Below, piece by piece: positions 22,811-33,679 of a DNA stretch of 64,000 nucleotides (positions are counted from its first letter, which is position 1; each line of letters opens with the position of its first letter). Under the pieces are notes generated by a model. The model saw only the letters and a program-made list of their open reading frames with translations. It did no database searches and was not told the DNA's origin. The stretch comes from a virus. Taxonomy: Duplodnaviria > Caudoviricetes. A program made the position numbers and the translations under genes. The stretch lies in the IMG/VR virus record IMGVR_UViG_3300032038_000043, positions 29,019 through 93,018 of that record, one strand, 5' to 3'.

Positions 22811-23156
22811 CTGCCCCATCGTCACCCGCACGGCGTAGCGACGCGGGAACATGTCGCGATGGTGGTACGTCTGGTAGACGACCCAGCTCTTCGGTACGTT
22901 GAGCTGGGTCGCTATTGACTTGACGCTCGCTCCGCTGTTCCAGAGCTCGGCGGCCTTTGCTACTTCAGCGCCTCGCATACGCGACGTCCCGCGTACCTGT
23001 CGGCGATTACGGAGCCCAGCGCCTTCTCGGCGACCGAGTACAGGGTCGTGTCCGCCCTGTCGACCGCGCCGCACAGCTCGAGCCCCTCCATCGTCCCGAT
23101 TGCGTTCCCGAGCGCCCTCGCGATGGTCGTGACCTCCCGCGAGAACTCCTCGTCCG

Positions 23157-23378
23157 TCAGAGCCCCAGCAGGTCTTCCCAGCTGCACCTGAGCACCCTCT
23201 TGAGCTTCCTCGCCGTCCTCACGCTCGGCATCCTGTCGCCGTGGCAATACATGCACACCGACGCCTGCGTCACGTCTATCAGCCTCGCCATCTCCGCCTG
23301 TGACAGGCCCCTCCTCCTCATCAGGTTCGTGAGCCTCACCCCCACGTCGTGCGCCTCGTCCGGCATCATCGTCTCCAA
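23157..23378 (-). CDS. XRE-family HTH regulator
   Basis: GLSQAEMARLIDVTQASVCMYCHGDRMPS...L...L.CSWEDLLG. Confidence 0.8.
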   Translation of the reverse strand: METMMPDEAHDVGVRLTNLMRRRGLSQAEMARLIDVTQASVCMYCHGDRMPSVRTARKLKRVLRCSWEDLLGL

Positions 23379-23591
23379 TCAGGTAGATGAGCTTCTCGAG
23401 CATCTCCGCGAACTGATGCTCCGTCAGCGCGTCCGTCGGAATCGGCTTGCTCGTCACGTCGGCGTAGAGCCGTCGACAGAGCATGTCGCTGCTTGCCCAG
23501 CTCCCATCGAGCCTGTCGGACAGCTCCACGAGCCTGCGCAGGACCATCATCTTCTCGAGTACCAACGACAGCAGCTCGTCGCCACCCATCG

Positions 23592-23954
23592 CTACTCCTC
23601 GCCGTCGTCTGCGAACTGCAGGTCGAACACGTACGGTGGGTAGTCGGAGTTGTTCAGGTCCTCGACCAGATACGTAGTCCACTCGCTGTTCTTGAAGAAG
23701 AACTTCTGGTACAGGCCGTTTCCCCTGTCCACGATGATGTCGAGGTCGCCGTTGCTGTACTGCACCGAGAAGTTGCCCGTGAGCTGCCACATGACCTCGT
23801 TGGTGCGGACGTTGAACACCGTGACTCGCCTCGTAATCTCGAAGCGGTCAGCGCTCTCGCTGAGCGCCCGCGACGTCTCGTATGCGTCCGAGCATCCGCA
23901 TCCAAATGTGACGAGCGAGAGCGCCACCATGAGCGCCGCGATTGCCCTACGCAT
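23592..23954 (-). CDS. Putative lipoprotein
   Basis: Signal peptide MRRAIAALMVALSLVTFGC with a lipobox-like Cys. Confidence 0.65.
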   Translation of the reverse strand: MRRAIAALMVALSLVTFGCGCSDAYETSRALSESADRFEITRRVTVFNVRTNEVMWQLTGNFSVQYSNGDLDIIVDRGNGLYQKFFFKNSEWTTYLVEDLNNSDYPPYVFDLQFADDGEE

Positions 23955-24238
23955 TAGAGCTCCTCGTTCACGACGATGCCGCCTTGGATGATGACGCGCT
24001 TACCGTCGAGGTCGAAGTAGACCTCCTGGTCGTTCTCCGACACGTCGAACACGCCTTCCCACTGGCCGAGAATCTCGCCATCGTAGTCGTAGAGCGTCAC
24101 CTTGCGGTGAAGCCCGCCGCCGAAGTCCGAGCTCAGCGACTTCATCTCTCGGCTGCACGACGCGCACCCGCCAAGCGACGCGCAGATTGCGGCGGCGCAC
24201 GCCATGGCGACCATCTTTATGACTGACCTCTTGCTCAT
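23954..24238 (-). CDS. Putative lipoprotein
   Basis: Basic and hydrophobic leader ending SLGGC. Confidence 0.65.
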   Translation of the reverse strand: MSKRSVIKMVAMACAAAICASLGGCASCSREMKSLSSDFGGGLHRKVTLYDYDGEILGQWEGVFDVSENDQEVYFDLDGKRVIIQGGIVVNEEL

Positions 24239-24250
24239 TGCTTGCTCCTT

Positions 24251-24751
24251 CTAGTCATGCGAGCACGAGCACGTGGTGTCAGCGCCCGAGCTCATGTAGA
24301 ACGGTCCAACCTTGAGGAATGATGGCGGCATCTTGTACGACTTCGCGTTCTCAAAGGTGTCGGCGGCGGGCTTCCCGCCGCCCGTCTCGACATCACCGAG
24401 CATCACGACCTTGATTCCGCAGGCGATGGCGACGTCCATCTCGAGCTTCGCGCCGAGGCTCTTCTCCCAGCCAGGGAGCATGACGATGACGTCGTAATGC
24501 GGGACGTGCGTGTTGATGAGCCCCTCGGGGAACTCGCGCTCCCTCGTCAGCTCGGCCAGCGTCCTGCGCATGCACTTCTCGTGCGGCTCCTTCGCGTCGC
24601 CGCCCTCGAGGTACTCCATTGCTGGGTTGTACACCTGCGCAGCGCCCGACTCCTTCACCTTCTCGTGAGCGAGGGCGAACCCGTCCACGTTCCAGTGGCC
24701 GACTCCGCTCATAGGCCCACTCAGGAAGACCCTCTTACCGCTTAGCCTCAT
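24251..24751 (-). CDS. DUF4406 / nucleoside deoxyribosyltransferase-like protein
   Basis: RVFLSGPMSG...N...F...YNPA...D.IVMLPGWEKSLGAKLE..VA...G..V. Confidence 0.8.
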   Translation of the reverse strand: MRLSGKRVFLSGPMSGVGHWNVDGFALAHEKVKESGAAQVYNPAMEYLEGGDAKEPHEKCMRRTLAELTREREFPEGLINTHVPHYDVIVMLPGWEKSLGAKLEMDVAIACGIKVVMLGDVETGGGKPAADTFENAKSYKMPPSFLKVGPFYMSSGADTTCSCSHD

Positions 24752-24949
24752 TGCCATCCTCCTCGCCGGTGACCCACCGGCCACCCGTACTCATCCTTGC
24801 CGACGCCTCCTGGGGCGTCAGGCACCAGTCCGTGACGGCACCGCACGCGTCGCACTCCGCGGAGTACCACACGGTACCGTCAGGCTGTCCAATCTTGCAG
24901 TTGACCCTGTATGACAAGTGGCTGCATCCCATCGGCTTGCTCCTTGGGG

Positions 24950-25357
24950 TCACGATTTCTGTTCTATGTATGTTATGTAGCTGTCGGCGAGCTCCTGCGC
25001 GGTCATCGGCTCGCTCGTGGGCCTCCACCTGTGCTCGCCGCTGACGAATATCTCCCTCACTGTGCAGTCGGCGAGGGTGACGTCCTCGTCCGGATTGGTG
25101 AGGTGGTGCTCGACCACCACCGCGATTGCTTCCTTGCCAGCGCGGCTGGCGTCCTTGACGAACCTCTCGAGCGCCAGCTTCTGGCCGTACGGGACGTCCT
25201 TGTCCCATATCTTGACCTCGAATATCAGCCATGCCTTGTCGTGCCACTCGATGAGCGCGTCAATATCTGTTGGCCAGAGCCGCTCGCCGTACTCTATCCC
25301 CTCGAAGCTTATGAGCTGCTTTGCCCTGTGCCTGCTCTTTATCGGAACAAAAGCCAC
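24950..25357 (-). CDS. PD-(D/E)XK nuclease-like protein
   Basis: PTDID...IFEVK.....GQ motif. Confidence 0.55.
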   Translation of the reverse strand: MAFVPIKSRHRAKQLISFEGIEYGERLWPTDIDALIEWHDKAWLIFEVKIWDKDVPYGQKLALERFVKDASRAGKEAIAVVVEHHLTNPDEDVTLADCTVREIFVSGEHRWRPTSEPMTAQELADSYITYIEQKS

Positions 25358-25637
25358 TTGTCATGTACCTGCCAATCCTCAAGTTAACGCTCCTCGTTGA
25401 AGCTCCCCACGAGCTCGATGAGCCTCTTCCTGAGCTCGACGCACTTGTCGAAGTCCTTCACGTCAAGCTGCAGCTTGATTTCGTAGGAAGGGCCGGTCGA
25501 GAACTCCTCGCACGACTCGTCTCGGTACTCGATGATTTTGATGATGTCCACGTACACGTTCTTCCTGCTCATCTTTCTCTCCCTGTCTCTTGCGACCCAG
25601 TCGTCCAACAGACCGCTAATGTCCTCTCCTTCGACAA

Positions 25638-25844
25638 TCAACCCAGCAACTCCTCCCACGTGCAGCCAGTCAGCCGCTTGACCTTCCTCAGCCACGAGAT
25701 GCCTGACGGCTCGCTCCGACCGCTGAGATAGGAGCGGAACGTCGACTCGTTCTTGTCCACCATCAAGGCGAAGTCGGGAATCGACATCCCACTGTCCCGT
25801 ACCAATGTCCTCAAGTGCTTCGCGAACGTCCCGTCAGTCATCAC
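25638..25844 (-). CDS. XRE-family HTH protein, paralogue of 23157-23378
   Basis: YLSGRSEPS...L.K.KR...CTWEELLG. Confidence 0.7.
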   Translation of the reverse strand: MMTDGTFAKHLRTLVRDSGMSIPDFALMVDKNESTFRSYLSGRSEPSGISWLRKVKRLTGCTWEELLG

Positions 25845-26449
25845 TCGTCCTTACTCGTCGTCCTTCGCGGCCATGAGTAGGCACATCACGCACATGCCAG
25901 CCCATGTGCCGAAGAGGAACGCGACTACATGCGAGACCATCTCGGGCCCCCTTCCCCGATGAAGCGCACGTTGTGCTTGACGCGTGCCTTCTCGACCCAG
26001 AAGCCCTCCGTCCCCTCGAGGTTGCGGAACCTCACCGCGCCCTTCCAAGAGACGGCCACGATGTACCCGGGCTGCCAGTCGTAGCACTCGAACTTGCGTG
26101 CCCTGCACGACCGCCCGAGCATCCATGCGTACTCTCCCGCCCCGTGGTCGCTCCTCAGCACGGTCATGACCAGCCAGACGAGGGCACCGCCGACGACGAT
26201 GCCCGCTATGAACGAGCCCTCAGCCAAGCTCATCCCTCACCTTCCTTCCCCGCTCGCCACCGAGCGACGTGTCCCTTATCACGTATGCGTTCTCGAGCCT
26301 GTGCATGCACCACGGGGGAGTGCTCGCCGCCGTCTCGCCCGAGTGGTAGAAGCAGAAGTAATTGCCGCTGGGCGCAGGCCCGAGCACCATACCGAGCTCG
26401 AGCCTGTCGCCGTTCTGGTAGACGAAGTACTCGCCGACCTCGAACCCCT

Positions 26450-27430
26450 CTACCCCCTCCAAGGCTTCACGTCCATGACCTCGTAGCGCTTGTCGATACC
26501 CGCGAACTCCAGCGCGGAGTTGAGCGTGTCGACCGTCTTGGTCGCCGTCTCCATGTCGGAGAACAGCGCGTGCGGCCCCTTGTCGGCCATCCACGTGACG
26601 TACATCTCCTCGGGGAGCCCGTCAGCACGCTTCGTCGCGAGGTCGAGCGCCCTGTCCGCGAGGCGGTTCCATGCGTCACGCGAGATGTGCACGTCGGCGT
26701 CGGAGCGGAGCTCGGACAGCGCGTAGAGCGGGATGTCGGACTCGCACACTTCGTTCACGAAGTCGGTCATGTCGGCGTCCACGGGCGCGTCGCTCCTGAC
26801 CTCGTCGACCGGCACTGGCAGCGTGAGCCCCGCGATGTAGGCGAGCAGGCATTCCCAAGCTACCGTGTCCATGCAGACCTTCTCAGCCCCGCCGAGGTCG
26901 GCACGCAGCATCTCGGCGACGTCAGACGGCGTCATGCCACTGCGAATCGGCAGCCTGTGCGACACGTCCTTGTACTCGGGCGTGGCGACGAGCTCCTCGT
27001 GCGCCTGCTCGACAGCGGCCACCTTCGCGTCCTCCGCCCTCAGGCCTTCGCACCACCTCTCCCACTGGGCCTGCGCCGTCTTGCTGCCCGTGGCGCGGAA
27101 GACCTTCTTGGCCATCTTCCCGTTCGTTCTCCTGCAGGTGCCCTCATAGACGTCCATCGACGTGTTGACGAGGCGACCGTTCTCCTTGTCCCCTGCGACT
27201 ACCTTCTCTGCCATCCTCTGCTCACGCTCCATCTCATGCTTCTCTGCGAGCTCGTACTTGCGCTTAATCTTGCTGATGGTCGCCACGGACAGACCAAGGT
27301 CAGAGGCCACCGTCTTCTGGCTCAACCCCTGCGCAAGGGCGTCGAGCACGTCCATCTCAATCTCAACCGTCGTCGGATGTCCTTTAGGCATGTTCCTCAT
27401 TGCCTCCCTAATCTGTTGCCTTTCCGTCAT
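26450..27430 (-). CDS. Hypothetical protein with N-terminal HTH
   Basis: GLSQKTVASDLGLSVATISKIK. Confidence 0.6.
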   Translation of the reverse strand: MTERQQIREAMRNMPKGHPTTVEIEMDVLDALAQGLSQKTVASDLGLSVATISKIKRKYELAEKHEMEREQRMAEKVVAGDKENGRLVNTSMDVYEGTCRRTNGKMAKKVFRATGSKTAQAQWERWCEGLRAEDAKVAAVEQAHEELVATPEYKDVSHRLPIRSGMTPSDVAEMLRADLGGAEKVCMDTVAWECLLAYIAGLTLPVPVDEVRSDAPVDADMTDFVNEVCESDIPLYALSELRSDADVHISRDAWNRLADRALDLATKRADGLPEEMYVTWMADKGPHALFSDMETATKTVDTLNSALEFAGIDKRYEVMDVKPWRG

Positions 27431-27556
27431 TCAGCTGGTCTCACCTGCCTATATGCTCTGTGGGCCAACAGGAAGCCCGTCACGGCAAACAGATGTCCGT
27501 GACGGGCACTTAGTCGAACTTTTGTTTTGGTGGGCAAATTCATGCCCCGTGGCTCG

Positions 27557-28027
27557 TTAGACGGTGCCTGAAGAGCCGAAGCCAGTGTCCCCGCGCTCGG
27601 TGTCCGAAAGCTCGTCCACAGCCACGCACTCGCATGTGGCGTGTGGCAGGATGATGAGCTGCGCCACGCGCTCGCCACGCTCGACAGTCACGAAGCCGTT
27701 GAAGTTGGGCAGGCACTGACCGTTCGCGAAGATGTGCGACGGCGCGATGTTGTGCAGCGGCAGGAGAATCTCGCCGCGATAGCCAGAGTCGATGGTCGAC
27801 GGCGTGTTGGCGAGCGTGATGCCGCGCTTCGACGCCATGCCGCTGCGTGGGACGATAGCGCCGTAGTACCCCTCTGGAATCTCGGCAGCCACGCCGGTAT
27901 GCACCAGCACCGTGCCGCCAGGCGCTATCTCGACCGTGTCCCTCGTGGTCAGGTCCATACCCGCATCGCCAGGCTTGGCGTGGAAGGGGAGCGGTGCCCC
28001 GTCCGTGAGCCTTACGTTAAGCCTCAT
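27557..28027 (-). CDS. dut: Trimeric dUTPase
   Basis: All five motifs present: AGMDL, PRSG, IDSGYRGEI, ERVAQL, RGDTGFGSSG. Confidence 0.95.
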   Translation of the reverse strand: MRLNVRLTDGAPLPFHAKPGDAGMDLTTRDTVEIAPGGTVLVHTGVAAEIPEGYYGAIVPRSGMASKRGITLANTPSTIDSGYRGEILLPLHNIAPSHIFANGQCLPNFNGFVTVERGERVAQLIILPHATCECVAVDELSDTERGDTGFGSSGTV

Positions 28028-29257
28028 TCCCTACCTCCTTGAGGTCGACGTCCGTATATCCCTGCGCAGCGAGGGCGATGCCGTACCTGACGGCGCGGAG
28101 CCAGTCGCTCGAGCTGAACAGGTCGCGTCCGATGATTGCGTCCTCGGGACACTCGGCAAGGTTCGTCGCGTAGAAAAGCTCCTTGCCGTCGTCTGGGTCG
28201 GTGACGCGCTCGAACTCGTAGTAGTAGTCGTAGCCCTCTGGTGCCTCGTACAGGAGCTCCTTGACCTTAGGCATCCTCCACCTCCAGTGCGTCAGCGGTC
28301 ATGCTGAGGCCCTTGGCGATGGCACGCAGCTCGCTCGCCATGTTCGACATGTCATGCGGGTCACGCTCGTAGACCTTGTCGACGAGCTTGCGGACCTGCT
28401 TCTCGTAGCGGTCGAAGTTGCGGTTGCGCAGCGCCTTGCGCAGGCAGCAGAACGCGATGCCCGCGACCCAGTCGTACGAGTCGCCGTCGTGGACCTTGGT
28501 GACGACCTTCGTGCCGTCGTCGAAGAGCACGATTGTCGCTGGGTCGTTGCAGATGACCTTCTTCGGCTTGGGCCTGAAGTGCTCCGCGAGCCTGTTGAGC
28601 CAGCCGCAGGACCTCACGCGGAACGTCACGTCCGTGGTGATGTAATCATGTGGGCTGTAGCCGCTGTCGACCTTGATTTCGCTCACCTCGGAAGGCCTGC
28701 CGAACATCTCGGTGACGAACTCGCTCGCGGCGTCCAGATACTTCTTGCATTCGATGTTGGAGTACACCCTTGACCTCTTCTCCTCGTTGTCGAGACGCTG
28801 TGCGGCAATCTCGTCCCACGTCATGTCATTCCAAAGCGACGCCTCGAGGAGCGCACGCTCCGCGAACCGCCTAATCGAGCTCTTTTCTTCGAGCGCCTGT
28901 AGCGCCCAGTACGACACGGGCACCCCGAACAGCTCGTCACGCATCCGCGGCCTCCTTGCAGCGCGTCAGGTACGGCACGCCTCCGAGCACCCTGAGCCTC
29001 AGCTTCCTCGGGTACTTGACGCTGATACACATCCGTATCTGGCTTATGTGCCTGTTCTCGAGCTCGATGTCGTCAATCCTCGAGCAGTCCGAGCCGGAGT
29101 CTAGGAACTCCTGTATCATCGGCTGCCAGTCGAGGTATTTAGGCCCCGCCTTCTTGAGCGGGGTGTCGCATGGTGTCAGCTTCATGCGCCCCTCCTTAAT
29201 GAGAGGGGAGACCCGAAGGCCTCCCCAACTGTGTTGCTGTGTTTTCTTGACTACCTG

Positions 29258-29827
29258 TTAAAATGGAATATCATCGCTTTCGTACAGGTCGGGCTGCTGC
29301 GCAGGCATCGGGGCCTGGTTCGGGTAGAACGTCTGCTGCTGGTACGCAGGGGCCTGCGGCATCTGCGCCGTCGGTGCCGCGTACTGCTGGGTGGGGGCGG
29401 CGTACTGCTGCGGTGCCTGCTGGTACGTAGGTGCCTGCTGGTACGTGGGAGCCTGCTGATGCGTTGGGGCTTGCTGGTACGCAGGGGCCTGCTGGTTGTT
29501 GCGAGGCGAGAGGAACTCGACCTCCTCGACGATGACCTCCAGCTTGCTTCGCTTGCTGCCGTCTTTCTCCCATGAGCTATAGCGGAGCTTGCCGTCGATT
29601 GCGACCTTCGTGCCCTTGGACAGGAAGCGGCTGAGCGGCTCTGCGCGTGAGCCAAAAACGGTGCAGTCGACGTAGTTGGGAACCTCCTCCCACTCGCCAG
29701 TCTGCGGGTTCTTGCGCCTGTCGTTGACGGCGACCCCGAACATCAGGACGTTGGTGCCGCCAGCCGTCATCTTGAGCTCAGGGTCCCTCGTCAGGTTCCC
29801 GCTGATGCTTACGCGATTCAAGCTCAT
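29258..29827 (-). CDS. ssb: Single-stranded DNA-binding protein
   Basis: LNRVSISGNLTRDPEL OB fold, QAP(A/T)YQ repeat linker, acidic DDIPF tail. Confidence 0.95.
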   Translation of the reverse strand: MSLNRVSISGNLTRDPELKMTAGGTNVLMFGVAVNDRRKNPQTGEWEEVPNYVDCTVFGSRAEPLSRFLSKGTKVAIDGKLRYSSWEKDGSKRSKLEVIVEEVEFLSPRNNQQAPAYQQAPTHQQAPTYQQAPTYQQAPQQYAAPTQQYAAPTAQMPQAPAYQQQTFYPNQAPMPAQQPDLYESDDIPF

Positions 29828-29877
29828 ATCTATATCCTCCTACTCTGCGCGAATCCATCGCGCAACGTTTGCCTGCC

Positions 29878-30690
29878 CTATTGCCTGCTGCCGTAGATTC
29901 GCATGTCGGGACCGTCCGTCACGAGCTCGACGAAGTACCCCTTGAGCCTCGAGCCGATGCTCGTCGCGTCATCCTCGTCGAACTCGGAGAGGAGCGCGGA
30001 GCGCATCAGCTGCGACGTGATAATGGTCGGTAGCATGTTCGCGCATCGGTCGTTGAGCACACGCCAGAAGCGCGACGCGTTCTTGTCGTCGACCACCTCC
30101 TTGCCGAGGTCGTCTATGACCAGCAGCGGGCACGTCGTGAACGTCTGCATCATCTGCTCGTGCGTGACCCCGGTGCCGTACGTGGACGCCAGAAGCGACA
30201 TCATCTGCGGAGCCGTGACGAACCTCGGGTCACCGTATGGGTTGCCCTTCATCCACCCCTTCAGCGCGGAGCATGCGTGCGTCGTCTTCCCCGTGCCGAC
30301 TGGCCCGTGGATGTACAGGCCGTAGCCCTTGGCGAACTGCTCGTTGTATCGCTCGTCGGTTATGACGCCGAGGAACATCCGAGGCACGCCAGCCTTGGCC
30401 ATCCGCGCCACCACGCGCTGGTAGCCCATCTCGACGATGCGCTCCTCCTCGTCGGGAAGGAGCTTCCCGTTCTTCCCGCTGGTCTCGCACATGTGGAGGT
30501 ACTTCTCCTCCTTCGTGCGCACCACCACGCCGTCGACGACGGTGTCGGTGAGAAGCCCGAGCGAGACCATCTCGTAGAAGTCGACCGAGTTGGCGGCCCA
30601 CAGCTCCTCGTTGGTCGGGGCGTCGTCGTAGACGCCCTTCGCCGGGTTGAACCCCGGGTGTCTGTGGAGCAGGTCGGCTATCGTCTCCAA
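29878..30690 (-). CDS. DnaC/IstB-like AAA+ helicase loader
   Basis: Walker A GPVGTGKT, Walker B LLVIDDLGKE, LPTIITS, SRL. Directly downstream of the initiator. Confidence 0.88.
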   Translation of the reverse strand: METIADLLHRHPGFNPAKGVYDDAPTNEELWAANSVDFYEMVSLGLLTDTVVDGVVVRTKEEKYLHMCETSGKNGKLLPDEEERIVEMGYQRVVARMAKAGVPRMFLGVITDERYNEQFAKGYGLYIHGPVGTGKTTHACSALKGWMKGNPYGDPRFVTAPQMMSLLASTYGTGVTHEQMMQTFTTCPLLVIDDLGKEVVDDKNASRFWRVLNDRCANMLPTIITSQLMRSALLSEFDEDDATSIGSRLKGYFVELVTDGPDMRIYGSRQ

Positions 30691-30699
30691 TTCGTCCCC

Positions 30700-31410
30700 C
30701 TAGTCATAGATGGAGTAGTCCACGCGCCGAGCCTGTCGGCTCGTCCTCGCAGCGTTCAGGTAGCCCTCGAACTTGGGGCCGAACAGCGTTTCTGGGCGAA
30801 GGTACTCGCGCATCTTGCGGTCCCTTGACCACAGCGCGTTCCTGTTGTCGATGACGAGCTTCATGTCGTCGACTGTGAAGCCCTCCCTCAGCCTCGCGAT
30901 GACCTTCTCTCGGGTCTTCTTCGCCGACTGTCGGTAGCTCGTCCCGCACACGTCGTTGAGATACGAGACGACCTCGCCGATTTCGGTCGCGAAGTCGTCT
31001 ACCGGACTATCTCTAGTACTTTCTCCTTCAGTACTTTCTATATTCAGTAATTTATTGTTTGTGCTTTCCCCAGTTGGGTTTTCCCCAGTTTGGAAAACCA
31101 AATCGTGGATTTTGTCCTCATCAGCTGGGCTCTGGAACACGTGCCAGACACATCCCGCGACCTTTCCGTTCTCGCGAACGCGCTCACGGTAGAGGTAGCC
31201 CGCATCCTCGAGCTCCTTGATTCCGCTGCGCGTCGCCGTCTGACCGTCAGGGAACATGGTGTAGAGGGCCCTCTCGGAGAACTCCCACTTGTCGGGCCTC
31301 CCAAGCATGTACGCCAGGAGGCCCTTCGCCTTCCACGAGAGCTCCGTGCTCTCGAGTATGTCGTTGCCGACTATCGTGTACCTGTCGGCATGCACCCTGT
31401 AGATGGGCAT
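30700..31410 (-). CDS. Phage replication initiator (N-terminal wHTH, conserved phage C-terminal domain)
   Basis: LSWKAKGLLAYML...ELEDAGYL and YLN...ARLREGFT..D...W..D.KMREYLRPETLFGPKFEGYLN. Confidence 0.85.
   Translation of the reverse strand: MPIYRVHADRYTIVGNDILESTELSWKAKGLLAYMLGRPDKWEFSERALYTMFPDGQTATRSGIKELEDAGYLYRERVRENGKVAGCVWHVFQSPADEDKIHDLVFQTGENPTGESTNNKLLNIESTEGESTRDSPVDDFATEIGEVVSYLNDVCGTSYRQSAKKTREKVIARLREGFTVDDMKLVIDNRNALWSRDRKMREYLRPETLFGPKFEGYLNAARTSRQARRVDYSIYD
31005..31110. other. Candidate replication origin inside the initiator gene
   Basis: AT-rich patch with direct repeats TTTCCCCAGTT x2 and AGTACTTT x2, in the inter-domain linker as in lambda O-type initiators. Confidence 0.5.
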
Positions 31411-31413
31411 CCG

Positions 31414-32007
31414 CTACTCCATCCTGTTGACCCAGCCCATGGCGGCGTCAATCTGCGCCCTCGGTCCCGTCTCGCTCGGCTCGAAGCCAAGGTCCTGCGT
31501 CATGGCCACCCACGTCGTGCCCGGGTCGTACGACCTCTGGTCGCACTTCGCGTAGAAGGCGTTGAGCATGTTCTGCCACGGGTCGGCCACCTGCTGCTGC
31601 GGTTGGCGCTGCTGCCCCGTCTGCTGGCGGGGCTGCTGGACGGTCGCGTTCGCGTCATCGTCCTCCTCGCCGACCACGCCGAAAGCTGCGCAGAGTGACT
31701 GGCGTTTGGAGTAGGTGAGCGCGGAGCCGACCTTCTGGGAGTCGCTTCCGGGTATGTGCTCGACACGTCCCAGCGTCACGGTCTCGGAGCCGTCGGTCAC
31801 CTTGGTGACCATCCACGAGCGGCCCTCGCTCACCTCGACCTCGTTCCACATGAAGAGGCCAGCCTCGTTAAGTGGGCCCCTAACGCATGCGATGATGCTG
31901 GACAACGTCGCGTACTTCGTGTTGAAGCGCGGGTTCACCTTGTCCAGCTTCGGGTTGCCCATCTTCGACTGGGCATTGATGAGTCTCGCCCAGATTCCGT
32001 CGGACAT
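31414..32007 (-). CDS. ERF-family single-strand annealing recombinase
   Basis: NPRFNTKYATL, QKVGSALTYSKRQSL.AAFGV.GEEDDDAN. Confidence 0.9.
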   Translation of the reverse strand: MSDGIWARLINAQSKMGNPKLDKVNPRFNTKYATLSSIIACVRGPLNEAGLFMWNEVEVSEGRSWMVTKVTDGSETVTLGRVEHIPGSDSQKVGSALTYSKRQSLCAAFGVVGEEDDDANATVQQPRQQTGQQRQPQQQVADPWQNMLNAFYAKCDQRSYDPGTTWVAMTQDLGFEPSETGPRAQIDAAMGWVNRME

Positions 32008-32531
32008 TACGCGTCACCTTCCTCAAGCTCGCTCCCGCTGCCTGGCAGCAGCCTGTCCATCGACGCGCCAAGCACCTCGGCGACCCTCTTCTTCGTGTCG
32101 TCGCTCGGCTTGACGTTGAAGAATCGGAACGTCTTCGGCGTGTCGGGCTCATGTGTCTCGACCGTCCCACACCCGTCCATCACGGCACCGGACTCGTAGA
32201 ACCAGTCCTCGGCGAACTGCGCCTTGTGCTCGGGCCACCACGTCGTCTTGAACCACTCCATGGCGTCTTCGTCCTTGTCGGCCATGAGCAGTGACTCGTC
32301 GTCGACCACGAACTCGACCCTCGTCGCGCCCTGCGTGGCTTGGAAGAAGCTCGCGTAAATCGAGCCGAGCTCCGACTCGTCGCCACGCGGCATCTTCGTT
32401 CGCTCGAGCTCGGCGTCCGTGTATGCCTTGCGCTCCTTGTCGAACATGTCCTTGAAGTGGTCGCTCATCGCCTTGAGCACGATGAGCCTGTCGACCATCT
32501 CCTGATGTTCCATATCGTCCCCCTATGCTAC

Positions 32532-32999
32532 TCACATGCAGAGCTCGGCGACCTCGCCGACCGTCATCTGCACCCATCCGTCGACCGACTCGCGCTCGTT
32601 GCCGCCGAGCAGCCTGAGCGTCCTGACGGTCATCCAACACCAGTTGTCCCTGAACGACTCGGGCACGACGCCCTTCGTCGCCCTGTCCGAGCATCCTGGC
32701 TTGTGTATCACGAGGAGGGCGAAGTCCGCGCACGCCTTCGTGCGCTCCTTCTCCGTTTCCCCGAACCACTTGGAGAGCTGACCGGCCGTCGGCCTTCGGT
32801 TCTCCTTCTTCTTCTGCCTGAACTTGTAGTTCTTGCACTCGACCGTGCCCTCGAGGCCACGGACCGCTATGCCTCCGACGTCACCCTCGTCGTCCTTGCC
32901 ATGGAGCGTCAGCCTGTGGCACGGGCCGACGTTCTGCGACCACCAGGTCTCGAACGCGACCTCAAGCCTCGACCCCTTGGCCTTGCTCGGGTTTGCCAT
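32532..32999 (-). CDS. Holliday-junction resolvase-like PD-(D/E)XK nuclease
   Basis: NPSKAKGSRLE...DEGDVGG...VECKN. Confidence 0.75.
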   Translation of the reverse strand: MANPSKAKGSRLEVAFETWWSQNVGPCHRLTLHGKDDEGDVGGIAVRGLEGTVECKNYKFRQKKKENRRPTAGQLSKWFGETEKERTKACADFALLVIHKPGCSDRATKGVVPESFRDNWCWMTVRTLRLLGGNERESVDGWVQMTVGEVAELCM

Positions 33000-33388
33000 A
33001 CGTCTCCCTGTACCTCCTCACGGCCGACGTGACCGCGTTCCTGGTCACGCCGTACGCCCTCGCTATGTCGTCGGAGTCGCAGCCATGGTCGAGGGCCCGC
33101 ATCCATATCGCCGTGCGGTAGTAGCGCTCGCCGGGGTCAGCCCTCGGCAGCCCGTAGCGGTCAATCACCGTCCATCACCGACCTTGCCTTGGTGACGTTG
33201 ACCCCGTCGGCCTCCAGCGGCCTCGTGAGGTACGCCGAGTACACCTTCGCACGCTCCTTGCTCGTCGCCTTGACGAGAGCGCCGACCTTCGTGTCCATCT
33301 CGCAGAGCGGGATGCCGCCCAGTAGCGAGAGCTGTCCATCCTGCATTACAATCCCCCTTGTGCCCTGTCGTCAGGGCGTCTCGAAACG

Positions 33389-33440
33389 GCCCTCTCTCGT
33401 GACTTCCTGCCAAAGTCCTCACGAGAGGGGCCTGTTTTTT
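33389..33440. terminator. Long GC hairpin with T tract
   Basis: GCCCTCTCTCGTGA...TCACGAGAGGGGC followed by TGTTTTTT. Confidence 0.5.
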
Positions 33441-33679
33441 CTCTTCTCATCAGTCCCGACCAACTATGTCCGTACGCCACCTACCGACGCCCTCGAGCGC
33501 CAGCTATGCGCGTCCCTTGGTCAACGTCATCCGTCTCTTCTGTCGGGACCTTCACGCTATTCTTCGCGGCGGGTCGCCCCGCCTGCCTATACGGCTGCCC
33601 TCGGCCACTTCGGTGCCACCTCATGGCGGGCGTTTGTCAAGGAACCTCTATCGGAAATGCCTTTCGGCGGTGAAATGCT

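Noticed and set aside
25904-27502. Long + strand ORFs opposite the - strand operons (also 54146-55435, 56770-57915, and 34409-35668 on -)
   Set aside because: Antisense shadow ORFs typical of GC-rich coding DNA: no RBS or recognisable motifs, and they overlap well-supported genes.
33434-33550. Hammerhead ribozyme (CTGATGA...GAAA on the - strand)
   Set aside because: No stem II after CUGAUGA and no correctly placed NUH cleavage triplet.
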